A stretch of DNA of 38,044 nt from a virus. Its lineage: Duplodnaviria > Caudoviricetes. Shown piece after piece: positions 25,042-33,679 of this stretch (positions are counted from its first letter, which is position 1; each line of letters starts with the position of its first letter). The stretch spans positions 1-38,044 of the IMG/VR virus record IMGVR_UViG_3300020045_002920, one strand, 5' to 3'. The notes below the pieces were generated by a model, which was not told where the DNA came from, made no database searches, and saw nothing but the letters and a program-made list of their open reading frames with translations. The position numbers and the translations under genes were made by a program.

Positions 25042-25116
25042 AGGTGCATAGTTAAGTGGAGATAGCAGGAGTCCTCTAAACTCTAGTCCCTAGTTCGATT
25101 CTAGGTGTGCCTACCA
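25042..25116 (+). tRNA. tRNA-Arg(UCU) with C at position 33
   Basis: Acceptor AGGTGCA/TGTGCCT, A73-CCA, A20 in D-loop, anticodon arm GGAGT-CCTCTAA-ACTCT, T-arm CCTAG-TTCGATT-CTAGG. Confidence 0.85.
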
Positions 25117-25140
25117 AACAATTAACCAAAGGAGAAATAA

Positions 25141-25416
25141 ATGAAAGTATTAGGTATTCTCACAGCAGCAATTATCAGCATCTTCCTGAAAGCTTTTGTG
25201 ACAGCAAAACTATGGGCATGGTTTATTGTGCCTACGTTTGCAGCTCCGCAGATTTCGCTTCCTGTGGCTTATGGTATCTCTATTATCTCTGTGCTGCTTA
25301 CTTATCAACGTGGTGTGAAGAGTGATGAACGCACAGTAGGGGAATCACTTAGTACTGCGGTTGGAATGTCTCTTGCAGCACTTCTCTTTGGCTATCTCGC
25401 AACTCTATTCATGTAA
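25141..25416 (+). CDS. Membrane protein (about 3 TM)
   Basis: Hydrophobic, with LWAWFIVPTF motif and AGGAG RBS. Confidence 0.75.
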   Translation: MKVLGILTAAIISIFLKAFVTAKLWAWFIVPTFAAPQISLPVAYGISIISVLLTYQRGVKSDERTVGESLSTAVGMSLAALLFGYLATLFM

Positions 25417-25425
25417 AGGAACAAA

Positions 25426-25848
25426 ATGACAGAAGAAATTAACACATCTCCCGAAGCTGAAACCTCAGAAGAGCTTTCCCCTGCAGCAGCTAAGAAGAAG
25501 GCTATGCTCCAAGCACGTATGGCTCGTGGGCGTCGTCAGATTGAGCTTAACAAGCGCCCTCTGCTGGAAACTAAGCAGATTGTAGCAGCTTCCCTCTGGG
25601 ACTACACAAATGATCTTATGGATGCCTTTGAAGAGGGCTATGAGATTTCCTCTAAGAATGAGTACTTCCCCACTACTGTAGGCCATTTGTTTATGTGTAC
25701 AGTGCTACTGTTTGGGGATGTTCCTGAGAAGAAGGTTTCTGAGGAAACTAGGGTGCTGATGGAGGAGTTTCCGGGTATGGCCGGTGCCGCTGTAGCAGAG
25801 CTTCCACAGGAGCCTAAGAAGCGTGGGCCGAAGGCCAAGGCCACTTAA
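25426..25848 (+). CDS. Hypothetical protein (140 aa)
   Basis: AAGGA RBS; basic C-terminus KKRGPK. Confidence 0.75.
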   Translation: MTEEINTSPEAETSEELSPAAAKKKAMLQARMARGRRQIELNKRPLLETKQIVAASLWDYTNDLMDAFEEGYEISSKNEYFPTTVGHLFMCTVLLFGDVPEKKVSEETRVLMEEFPGMAGAAVAELPQEPKKRGPKAKAT

Positions 25849-26043
25849 ATGGAAGACACAGGAGCCACTTATGAGGTTCGTCTCTTCGATAGCCAATGGG
25901 TGAATGTAGTTAATCACGCAAGGTGCTACGAAGGATACTCTGTTGAAGATGCTGTAGCTAAAGCTGTTAAGCTAACTGAGCAATATATGGCGATGAACTT
26001 TAAAGAGGATAATTGGCCGAAGTGTAGGTACAGCAATACGTAG
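25849..26043 (+). CDS. Hypothetical protein (64 aa)
   Basis: Abuts the upstream stop and is followed by a hairpin. Confidence 0.55.
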   Translation: MEDTGATYEVRLFDSQWVNVVNHARCYEGYSVEDAVAKAVKLTEQYMAMNFKEDNWPKCRYSNT

Positions 26044-26052
26044 ATGTATCCA

Positions 26053-26069
26053 AGCCCTTCGGGGCTTTC
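26053..26069 (+). terminator. Short hairpin/terminator
   Basis: AAGCCC-TTCG-GGGCTT followed by TC. Confidence 0.55.
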
Positions 26070-26089
26070 CTAATTATGGAGGAACGTGC

Positions 26090-26929
26090 ATGTCAAATAA
26101 GCCTCGTGGTAGGGCTGCTGTGGAAGATGAGTTGGCAGAGCTGGGAGTTCCTGTGCGTAAGCGGACAAGGGCTAGTAAGGCTGCTAGTGGTGCTCCACAC
26201 GTACCAAAAGAGAAGTTTATCTCGGCAGATGGTGTGCCAGCAATGGCCGTAAAGACTACACTCACTCCTCGTGGAGATAATCAGAAGAAGTTGCTTGCAT
26301 TCCTTCGCGATGGTCGCAAGATTGTTTGGGCGTGTGGCACAGCAGGTACTGGGAAATCTATGATTGCTGCATATCACGCAGCAGAACTTCTTCGTACAAA
26401 GAAGATTGAGAAGGTATTTCTTGTACGTCCAAATATCCATTGTGGGAAGTCTGTAGGAATGCTAAAAGGTGGACTCGTAGATAAGCTTGCTCCGCTTCTG
26501 GCACAGACGGTCACTCACCTTGAGAAATTCCTTGGTAAAACATTCACAACGTATTGCCTCGAAAAAGGTATCATTGAAATGTGCGCTGTGGAATATCTTC
26601 GTGGCACATCGTTTGAAAATTGCCTAGTCATCTGTGAAGAATCGCAAGGCCTAACAGAAGACGAGTTTGAAATGATGATGACTCGTGTTGGGGAGAATGC
26701 TCAATTGTGCTTCACAGGGGATCAGCGCCAAGTGGATCTTAAAGAGACAACGGGCCTTGCTAAAACTCTTGCACACATTGAAAAAGTTAAGAAGGAACGG
26801 CCTGATTATCTTGATACAGAAGATATGAATGAGTTCCTAACAAACATGGGTGTGGTTACTTTCACATTTGAAGATGTGCAGCGTAGTAAGATGGTGAAGG
26901 CGCTGACGAAGATGTATTTTCATAAGTAA
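26090..26929 (+). CDS. phoH: PhoH-family ATPase
   Basis: GTAGTGKS Walker A, LVRP, YLRGTSF, EESQ, MTRVG, GDQRQVD and DVQRS motifs. Confidence 0.92.
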   Translation: MSNKPRGRAAVEDELAELGVPVRKRTRASKAASGAPHVPKEKFISADGVPAMAVKTTLTPRGDNQKKLLAFLRDGRKIVWACGTAGTGKSMIAAYHAAELLRTKKIEKVFLVRPNIHCGKSVGMLKGGLVDKLAPLLAQTVTHLEKFLGKTFTTYCLEKGIIEMCAVEYLRGTSFENCLVICEESQGLTEDEFEMMMTRVGENAQLCFTGDQRQVDLKETTGLAKTLAHIEKVKKERPDYLDTEDMNEFLTNMGVVTFTFEDVQRSKMVKALTKMYFHK

Positions 26930-26939
26930 AGGAGCCCTA

Positions 26940-27221
26940 ATGAAAGTAACAATCACAAAACTAGTAAACAACATTGCCATTGAGCACTCCGTAGAAGGTA
27001 CGCACGAAGAGATCGCTAAGATGCTTGTGTTTCTGAAGCTCGCGGAGTATTCGAATGGCGGTGTTGTTAAGACTTCAGCCGCTACTCCCGGTGACTCTAG
27101 TGAGCGTATTTATCCACTGGAGCGAAATAAAGAGGGTTTTCTTTCTACTAAGATCAGCATTGAGAATGCAAATGACAAGATTACAGCAGAAGATATTCGT
27201 AAAGTGTTTAGGGGGATCTGA
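26940..27221 (+). CDS. Hypothetical protein (93 aa)
   Basis: AGGAG RBS; fits the operon. Confidence 0.65.
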   Translation: MKVTITKLVNNIAIEHSVEGTHEEIAKMLVFLKLAEYSNGGVVKTSAATPGDSSERIYPLERNKEGFLSTKISIENANDKITAEDIRKVFRGI

Positions 27222-27934
27222 TGGGGAAATTCAAAGACCTTGCAGGTATCAGGTTTGGGAGGTTGTTAGTCCAATCGCGGGCGGAGGGAGAGTACGGAAA
27301 AACCTTGTGGAAATGTTTGTGCGACTGCGGGAGTACGAAAAATATTCTAGGGGCTAGTCTTACAAGTGGGAAAACACAATCGTGTGGATGTCTAAGGAAG
27401 GAAGTGCTGTCAGAACTAAAGACAAAGCACGGACTAGCTGGATCGAAAGAATACGTATCTTGGACAGGAATTTTGAGAAGGTGTTTAGTTCCAAAATGTA
27501 AAGGCTATGAAAACTACGGAGCGAAAGGGATTACTGTAGCGCCAGAGTGGATAGCAAGTTTTGAGGAGTTCTACAACCACATTGGGCCAATTCCAAAAGA
27601 CGGTAAAAGATACTCCTGTGATCGCATTGACAACAACGGTGGGTATACGCCCGGGAACGTCAGGTGGGCCACATACCCAGAGCAGGCTAAAAATAGGGCT
27701 AAAAGTCCAAATAATACTTCTGGTGTAACGGGCGTTACTTTTCTTACGGTATCGGGAATAGACTACATAATGGCTCGCTGGACTGACTTAAACGGGAGAG
27801 AGGTAGGAAAAGCCTTCAACATAAGTAAACTAGGGAAAGAGCAGGCATTCTTAAAAGCTTGTGAAACCCGCGAGGAGGCCATTCGACTATTGAATGAACA
27901 AGGTGCAGGATATACAGCAAACCACGGTAAATAA
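27221..27934 (+). CDS. HNH/AP2-type homing endonuclease-like protein
   Basis: CLCDCG, SCGC, YGAKGITV, DRIDNNGGYTPGNVRWAT and NNTSGVTGV. Confidence 0.82.
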   Translation: MGKFKDLAGIRFGRLLVQSRAEGEYGKTLWKCLCDCGSTKNILGASLTSGKTQSCGCLRKEVLSELKTKHGLAGSKEYVSWTGILRRCLVPKCKGYENYGAKGITVAPEWIASFEEFYNHIGPIPKDGKRYSCDRIDNNGGYTPGNVRWATYPEQAKNRAKSPNNTSGVTGVTFLTVSGIDYIMARWTDLNGREVGKAFNISKLGKEQAFLKACETREEAIRLLNEQGAGYTANHGK

Positions 27935-27943
27935 GGAGACTAC

Positions 27944-28780
27944 ATGAAGAATTTTAGGCACGGCAGTTCAAAAGAGACCCCTTCCAAGAAGTTTTTTCGT
28001 TCCTTCGGAGATAGCACGGGATTCGACCAAGAGGATTCTTTTTTGGTAGGGGTGGCCCAGAAGACTAGCAACGTTTTCACCATTTTTATCGACAACCAAA
28101 TCTCTAGTGCTCAGGATTTTCGGAATGCGACTCAGGTGTTCCACTTGGCTACGCCAGATGACGAAGTGAATGTGATACTTGCATCTCCGGGAGGCAGCAT
28201 TGACGGAGGGATGGCATTTCTACAAGCAGAGCAGGAGTGCCGGGGACGTATCACTTACTTCGGCAGCGGGGTAGTGGCAAGCATGGCTGCAATCATCTTG
28301 TGCAATGCAGAGGAATTTACGCTGCACCCACATTCTTCTGTCATGCTGCACTCGGCATCCTTTGGGGCCGGTGGCCCAGCAATCGATACAGAGCGTTACA
28401 GTACATTCATGCGATCTCAGTGCGAGAATTTCATGAATTTTTATTGCAGCGGAGTCCTATCTCGGGACGAGTTGAAGAATATTTACAATAACAAGTTCGA
28501 GATGTGGCTAACAAGCAGTGAGTTCGTAGATCGGTGGAAACGCAAAAAGGCCTGCCAAGAAACAATGGCAAATATGTTCAAACTGGGGGATGTTGATCCA
28601 GAGCAACTTTCTCCAGAAGACTACGTGGAGTTGATGTTGGATCTAGTAGATGACTACGAACTGCAAAAGATAGAAGAGGCCGAAGCGGCAGAACGTGCAA
28701 AGCGCAAGCCCGCCAAGCGTAAGCAGAAGCCCGTAGCTCTCCCAGATCAAGGCTGTTCAGGCTCTTGCGATTGTAAATAA
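27944..28780 (+). CDS. ClpP-like protease
   Basis: ASPGGS, VASMAAII (catalytic Ser) and VMLHS (catalytic His). Confidence 0.85.
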   Translation: MKNFRHGSSKETPSKKFFRSFGDSTGFDQEDSFLVGVAQKTSNVFTIFIDNQISSAQDFRNATQVFHLATPDDEVNVILASPGGSIDGGMAFLQAEQECRGRITYFGSGVVASMAAIILCNAEEFTLHPHSSVMLHSASFGAGGPAIDTERYSTFMRSQCENFMNFYCSGVLSRDELKNIYNNKFEMWLTSSEFVDRWKRKKACQETMANMFKLGDVDPEQLSPEDYVELMLDLVDDYELQKIEEAEAAERAKRKPAKRKQKPVALPDQGCSGSCDCK

Positions 28781-28789
28781 TGTGAGACT

Positions 28790-28819
28790 AGCCCCGCCAA
28801 CGGCGGGGCTCTTTCTTTA
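28790..28819 (+). terminator. Intrinsic terminator
   Basis: AGCCCCGCC-AAC-GGCGGGGCT followed by CTTTCTTT. Confidence 0.85.
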
Positions 28820-28884
28820 TCTGCAGATAACGCTTGACAAGGCAATCAGAATACTGCATAATGTGTGCTTTAAGGGGGATACTA

Positions 28885-29250
28885 ATGACTGACATCAAAT
28901 ACAAGGTGATTACCCCTGACGGGGTTCATTTCACCACTATCAATCCTCGCCTTGTCGCAAGACAAGGTATCTCTGACGAGCAGCTTGAGGTAATCAAGAC
29001 CTTGCACGTTGAACGATACGAGACAGAACGTGTTATGGAAACTGCTGCTGTCGAAGATTTGAAGGAATTGGCTTCATACCTTGTAGGCATTGACCAGAGG
29101 CTTCAGCACGCGTGGAAATTTGAGTATAACCCTAACATGTATCGCTTCTGGGATGTTCCTCGTTGTTTGTGCCCTAGTGTTGACAACTCAGATCGTTATC
29201 CCATAGGCTTCTACATCATCAACAAGAGGTGCCCACTGCATGGAGGCTAA
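28885..29250 (+). CDS. Hypothetical Cys/His-rich protein
   Basis: CLCP..DN...CPLHG motif. Promoter TTGACA-17-CATAAT at 28834; AGGGGG RBS supports a start at 28885. Confidence 0.7.
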   Translation: MTDIKYKVITPDGVHFTTINPRLVARQGISDEQLEVIKTLHVERYETERVMETAAVEDLKELASYLVGIDQRLQHAWKFEYNPNMYRFWDVPRCLCPSVDNSDRYPIGFYIINKRCPLHGG

Positions 29251-29338
29251 ACATACATCTTCGTATGTAAATAATCCTTGACAAGCACTTTACAATGGGC
29301 TAATCTTCACACATACCAACAGCACACAGGAGAACATC

Positions 29339-29518
29339 ATGCTTAAAATTGGGAAGTTGAAGATTGATTATTTTTACATTGCAGCCTTGACAGCTTGCGC
29401 TGTGTTGTATATTGTGCTTCCAGACAAGGCGTATGATCTTGTAGCTTGCACTATAATTGTTCTTGGGCTCGGGATTGCTGACACTATTTTGAATATGAAA
29501 GAGGGAGAAGAGAAATGA
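29339..29518 (+). CDS. Small membrane protein (59 aa)
   Basis: MLKIGKLKIDYFYIAALTACAVLYIVL... with AGGAG RBS and upstream TTGACA promoter. Confidence 0.65.
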   Translation: MLKIGKLKIDYFYIAALTACAVLYIVLPDKAYDLVACTIIVLGLGIADTILNMKEGEEK

Positions 29519-30522
29519 AGGCTACAAATCCAACCACAAAGCTTGGAATGGCCGCAGGGCAACTGTACTGCGCAGAAACTGCCGGAACAATGAGCGCCGT
29601 AGATTTCTGGTGCGATCTGAATAAGGACTTTCAAGAGCGATTCATGCAAAAGGCTGCGGATGCTGATCTCGAAGCTGTCCGGCAGGAAGAGCGGGACGTC
29701 ATTGAGACGGTGAGCGTGGAACCTGTTAGATTTGTTCCGGGATCGTGGCTTGAGGTGAAAAACGTCGATGAGATGCAGGCTTTCTACCTATCCAGACTTC
29801 CAGCTATGCGGGAAGCCGCGAGGATTCACGGGTATGCGCTTGGGCTTCATGGTTCTACGCGCCGCGATCTTGACCTAATTGCTATGCCGTGGGGAGATGA
29901 ATCATCTTCAGCGGATGAACTTGCGCAGGCGATTCAACATGCCGCATGCGGGATTTCACGCAACGGTCTGTATATCTGGGAAGAAAAGCCACAAGGGCGA
30001 ATCGCTACTTCATTCCCGATCTGCGTTACTGCGTGGCATGACATGGTTTCTGCCGGTCATGTTGATTTGTCAATACTCGTCCCCGTCACCCAACTACAGG
30101 CTTCGCTGGCACGGGTGGCTGAGTTGGAAGCTGAACTCGGATCGGTAGAAAATGGAAAGTGTGCCGTGTTTGCTGTAGATATTCTCGGCAATCCAATGCG
30201 CGAAACCTCGCCCGGCAAATGGGAAGGCTGCACATGGGGAACAGAAGAGTGCAACCAACTCCGCGCCAAGCTCAAGCTGGCGACGGATGCGCTGGAATAT
30301 CACCAAGCACAGACGCGCCCGATTCAGCAAACGATTGAAGTACTGTCAAAAATCAAAGGGGACACGGGAATGATACATACATCAGCTTGCGAGAAATGCG
30401 GACAGGTAGACGCGGGACAAACAGGTGAATATCCTTGTAAAGGGTGTGGATTGCCTATGGTGCATGACGACAATGTTTCAAGCGAAACAGAAGCCCTCGC
30501 AGCAATCAAGGAGGAAGTGTGA
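29515..30522 (+). CDS. Mosaic hypothetical protein with nucleotidyltransferase-like GS..DxD motif
   Basis: GYALGLHGSTRRDLDLIA, coiled coils and a C-terminal CxxC...CxxC. Confidence 0.65.
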   Translation: MKATNPTTKLGMAAGQLYCAETAGTMSAVDFWCDLNKDFQERFMQKAADADLEAVRQEERDVIETVSVEPVRFVPGSWLEVKNVDEMQAFYLSRLPAMREAARIHGYALGLHGSTRRDLDLIAMPWGDESSSADELAQAIQHAACGISRNGLYIWEEKPQGRIATSFPICVTAWHDMVSAGHVDLSILVPVTQLQASLARVAELEAELGSVENGKCAVFAVDILGNPMRETSPGKWEGCTWGTEECNQLRAKLKLATDALEYHQAQTRPIQQTIEVLSKIKGDTGMIHTSACEKCGQVDAGQTGEYPCKGCGLPMVHDDNVSSETEALAAIKEEV

Positions 30523-30752
30523 TGAAATTATCATGGATTAAGTGCTTAGAGGAACTTCCAGAAATTCAAGACGACAGCGTGTTGGTATTCTTCGCAAATA
30601 CTCGTGCTATTGAAGCTGTCCACATTGAGGACTACTTCGGCAACATAACTGCAGGCTTAGACGAAGACGGAAATCAGATCTATACGAAGTGGTATTTGTG
30701 CCAAGGCGTCACACATTGGATGCCTCTCCCGGCTGATCCGGAGGAAGCATGA
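30519..30752 (+). CDS. DUF551-family protein
   Basis: WIKCLEELP...VTHWMPLP. Confidence 0.85.
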   Translation: MMKLSWIKCLEELPEIQDDSVLVFFANTRAIEAVHIEDYFGNITAGLDEDGNQIYTKWYLCQGVTHWMPLPADPEEA

Positions 30753-30896
30753 ACCACCTACTAGAACTAACCATTCATTTCCTCTCAGGCCAATGGTTAA
30801 CATTGCAAATGCCTTGGAAGGATATTACAATTGTCCCTGTGCCTGAGCAAGCAGAGGCAGAAGTGTTTTACACAACAATCATGAAGGAGAATTGAA

Positions 30897-31106
30897 ATGT
30901 CCCCAGAGAATATTTACCAAGCAGAAACTATCATCTTGGCTTATGTGCAGGCGGAATACGTGAAGTATTCCTCTCTTGTTCAGGCAGAGCGCAATAAGCC
31001 TCGTAAGAGCTTCTCCTACAGTGATAACTTGAAGCGAATGGGGAAGTTGCAAGTGGTGCTGAATGAACTTAATCAAGGATTAGTGCAAAAGAGTTTTGTG
31101 GAATAG
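30897..31106 (+). CDS. Hypothetical protein (69 aa)
   Basis: AGGAG RBS. Confidence 0.6.
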   Translation: MSPENIYQAETIILAYVQAEYVKYSSLVQAERNKPRKSFSYSDNLKRMGKLQVVLNELNQGLVQKSFVE

Positions 31107-31335
31107 CTTGACAATGGGTAGCCTACTCGGCTAAGATAGCTGCACTATCTATTGAAGGAGGTTGCTATGAAAGTATTTGCAGGAGTGTCAGAGACACATG
31201 ATGGAATCCAACAAATAAAGCTGTTTGCATCTAAGTGTGACGCCAAGACGTATATACGGGAACAGAATAGAGAACTCGGATTCGATTACTTTTCCATTCT
31301 TGAATTAGAAGTACACAACACAAAGGAGAAATGAG

Positions 31336-31581
31336 ATGGCTATTAAAGTAATTTCCTCACAGGAGCCCATTGACAAACAAAAAGAGTTGCACTACCCTGT
31401 GTTGATGCAGGATGTGGCAGAGGGCATTCTTGTGGTGCTTTTCACCACCCCACGAGATGGAACTGTTATGATTGGGGACGAAAGCTGGGCTTTTGGAGAA
31501 TCTGGGAGGTCTTGGACGCCTGCCACAGACTCGGCCGAGTGGAAGAAGTTTGAAGGCACTATCTCCCTATCTAATCAATAG
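31336..31581 (+). CDS. Hypothetical protein (81 aa)
   Basis: AGGAG RBS; ends FEGTISLSN. Confidence 0.65.
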   Translation: MAIKVISSQEPIDKQKELHYPVLMQDVAEGILVVLFTTPRDGTVMIGDESWAFGESGRSWTPATDSAEWKKFEGTISLSNQ

Positions 31582-31697
31582 GCTCAGGGAGACCTGTATA
31601 ATAGGGCTAGAAGCTGTTTATTTAGGTAGGCAGCTATACCCCTAGCTTGGATAGCTTAGAAGGGCTTAAATCGCTTATAAATAGTTAGGAGGGATGT

Positions 31698-32144
31698 ATG
31701 AAAAAGTTTTTGAAGAAGTTGTTTAGGTTGGAACCATCTAACGAGGGTCTAAAATACACAAGTGTAGAGGATCTTCTTCCAAAGATGCTTCCTCTCCAAA
31801 AGGAAGACCTTGCCGGGGCGATTTTCTTTGGGAATGAAACTGATGTACCTAAAACTCCTGTTATCGGGGAGCCTGTTGCGTCTATTATCGAGGCTACGAA
31901 GGACTTGGATCGGTGGGTTGTGGTTATTGATGACAATGACTATCTGTTGATGGACACAAAGGTACAGAAAAGTTTTCGTATGTCTTATGGCTGGAACCAT
32001 CTAAATTATCATTGGCTCTCGCGGGACGAGGCTGGTGCCCTGTCTGCAGCCTTTGTTGCGCTAATTCACACAAAAGATCAATTGGTGATTGAAAAAGAAC
32101 GTCAACTGCTGGTGAATATTTATTGCGTACAGGAGAATTGGTGA
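31698..32144 (+). CDS. Hypothetical protein (148 aa)
   Basis: AGGAGG RBS. Confidence 0.7.
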   Translation: MKKFLKKLFRLEPSNEGLKYTSVEDLLPKMLPLQKEDLAGAIFFGNETDVPKTPVIGEPVASIIEATKDLDRWVVVIDDNDYLLMDTKVQKSFRMSYGWNHLNYHWLSRDEAGALSAAFVALIHTKDQLVIEKERQLLVNIYCVQENW

Positions 32145-32329
32145 TGTGTGAAAATAAACCACTAGAAGATTCTGTATTCCAGAATATCTCTGAGCTGGAG
32201 CAGAGGATTGAGGCTTTGCAGAGGCAAAATGAACTGTTGATTAAGTTTGTTGAGGCACTCTTGAGCGAGAAGCCCCGTTACAATACTCTGCCAGAGATGA
32301 AGAAGATTCTTGAGGAACTATGGAAATGA
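32144..32329 (+). CDS. Small coiled-coil protein
   Basis: ISELEQRIEALQRQNELL; TGATG overlap with the upstream gene. Confidence 0.55.
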   Translation: MCENKPLEDSVFQNISELEQRIEALQRQNELLIKFVEALLSEKPRYNTLPEMKKILEELWK

Positions 32330-32513
32330 AAACAAAAGAACATTGGATGTTAAATTACGGGAAGATGCCAGAGTGCCTTTACTCCAAACAAGAGATTAAG
32401 GCATACTTTGCTGATGGAGGCTTTGAGCAAGCACCTGCCTACATATTCGAGGACAACTTCGTTCCAAGAGGTAATCCATTCCTTGATCTTGTTGCTTGGC
32501 GGAGGGGTTAGGA

Positions 32514-32747
32514 ATGAAAATAGTAAGTAATGTGCCTGAGTGGTTCAACCTAGTAGCTAAAGACGGATACCTTTGTGGAAGGGATGTGGCTAACCTGTTT
32601 GGCTTCAAACGGATTGATCAAGCTTCCACAGCAGCCTATCACGGGCAGTTCCCTTCTCCAGACCGTGTTACAGGTACAAAGGTGAAGAAGTTCCTGTGGA
32701 AAAAGAGCACTGTGCTTAAAGAGATGCAACGTAGGAATGCCGCATGA
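32514..32747 (+). CDS. AlpA/excisionase-like HTH protein
   Basis: YLCGRDVANLFG...GQFPSP...WKKSTV pattern of the AlpA/MerR-like family. Confidence 0.65.
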   Translation: MKIVSNVPEWFNLVAKDGYLCGRDVANLFGFKRIDQASTAAYHGQFPSPDRVTGTKVKKFLWKKSTVLKEMQRRNAA

Positions 32748-32912
32748 AATCAGGCATCTTACTAACCGCATTCTCGCTGGTCATGGCTTTTATCCTTCTA
32801 GGTGGTGATTGGGACTGGGATCAAAGTAAACATTGCTTCAAGGGTAGTGGCTTGATGGCGTATAAATGTACTAAAGGTGTTGATGGATGTAAGTGCTAAA
32901 AGGAGAGAACTA

Positions 32913-33080
32913 ATGAAAACAAATATTATTGCTACGATTATTACGGGGTCGGTATTTTTAGTGCCTACTCTTGCCTTTTTGTTTAATGGATGGGGTGGGA
33001 TAGCTATTGTATTCTGTGCATACACTATGCTGTTGCTCATAGGGGCAGTTTGGAGCACTGTGAAATTGTTGCTTTTGTAG
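32913..33080 (+). CDS. Small membrane protein (2 TM)
   Basis: Hydrophobic, with AGGAG RBS. Confidence 0.6.
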   Translation: MKTNIIATIITGSVFLVPTLAFLFNGWGGIAIVFCAYTMLLLIGAVWSTVKLLLL

Positions 33081-33100
33081 TGTAAAGATTTGTAAAGAGC

Positions 33101-33129
33101 TTGACTTTCGGCGATTCTCGTGAGATAAT
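33101..33129 (+). promoter_or_regulatory. Sigma70-like promoter upstream of ORF-less region
   Basis: TTGACT-17 nt-GATAAT with extended TG. Confidence 0.65.
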
Positions 33130-33134
33130 GTCTT

Positions 33135-33525
33135 GGTAAGGAATTCACATTGTTGTTTTCCTTTCCTTCTCTCGTGCATCGGCCCAATGAACACGTCCCG
33201 CAAGAGAAGAAAGCCGCAGGAGTATAGCTGTAGAAAGCGGCAGGTGTGTGAGTTACTTGTGAATGAGTTTTCGGCTGGGAACAGCCTCCGTTGAAACAAA
33301 CGGGATAGCAAGTATGATAGAGCACCCTACAGGTAGTGTTAAGGCTACAACGTCTATCAGCATCGGCCTCTTACACAGGTACAGCAAGTAATCTGGCTCC
33401 GGGGGTGACATTCTAGCGAATGCCTCTGTGTGTTTGTTACTTCTTCTCCTTCTGGCCCCCTTGAGCTTTCACAGTCTCGGAGTGGCTAGGAGGAGTTGTA
33501 AGTATCATTCTCCAAAGGTGATATA
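33135..33525 (+). ncRNA. Candidate structured non-coding RNA (~400 nt)
   Basis: No plus-strand ORF of 60 aa or more. Multiple helices, including GGCTG-GGAA-CAGCC and a 12-bp stem with G-U pairs valid on the plus strand. Confidence 0.55.
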
Positions 33526-33605
33526 TTATACCTTATAGGTGTACACTTTAAGTATACTTGTATATGTAAACAAAGCTTGACAAGAATACAGAACAGTAGT
33601 AACAT

Positions 33606-33643
33606 AGCCCTAGAGGACTCTCACATGAGCCTCTAGGGCTTTA
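33606..33643 (+). terminator. Strong hairpin between promoter (TTGACA at 33577) and helicase gene
   Basis: AGCCCTAGAGG...CCTCTAGGGCT followed by TTAA. Confidence 0.5.
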
Positions 33644-33679
33644 ATACGTTTACATCATTCAACAAGAAAGAGGGAGAAT

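Noticed and set aside
25065-25085. Amber suppressor tRNA (CUA)
   Set aside because: The 5-bp stem GGAGT/ACTCT centres the 7-nt loop on UCU and A20 supports Arg. TAG is used as a normal stop in this genome, so there is no sign of recoding.
25107-25325. 72-aa ORF overlapping the tRNA 3' end
   Set aside because: Alternate frame of the RBS-supported membrane protein gene 25141-25416.
31582-31697. Possible structured element (GCTAG/CTAGC, AGCTG/CAGCT) in an intergenic gap
   Set aside because: Only short stems in ~115 nt, not distinguishable from chance by eye.
32798-33325. 175-aa and 117-aa minus-strand ORFs
   Set aside because: They are antisense to RBS-supported plus-strand genes and a promoter, with no recognisable motifs.
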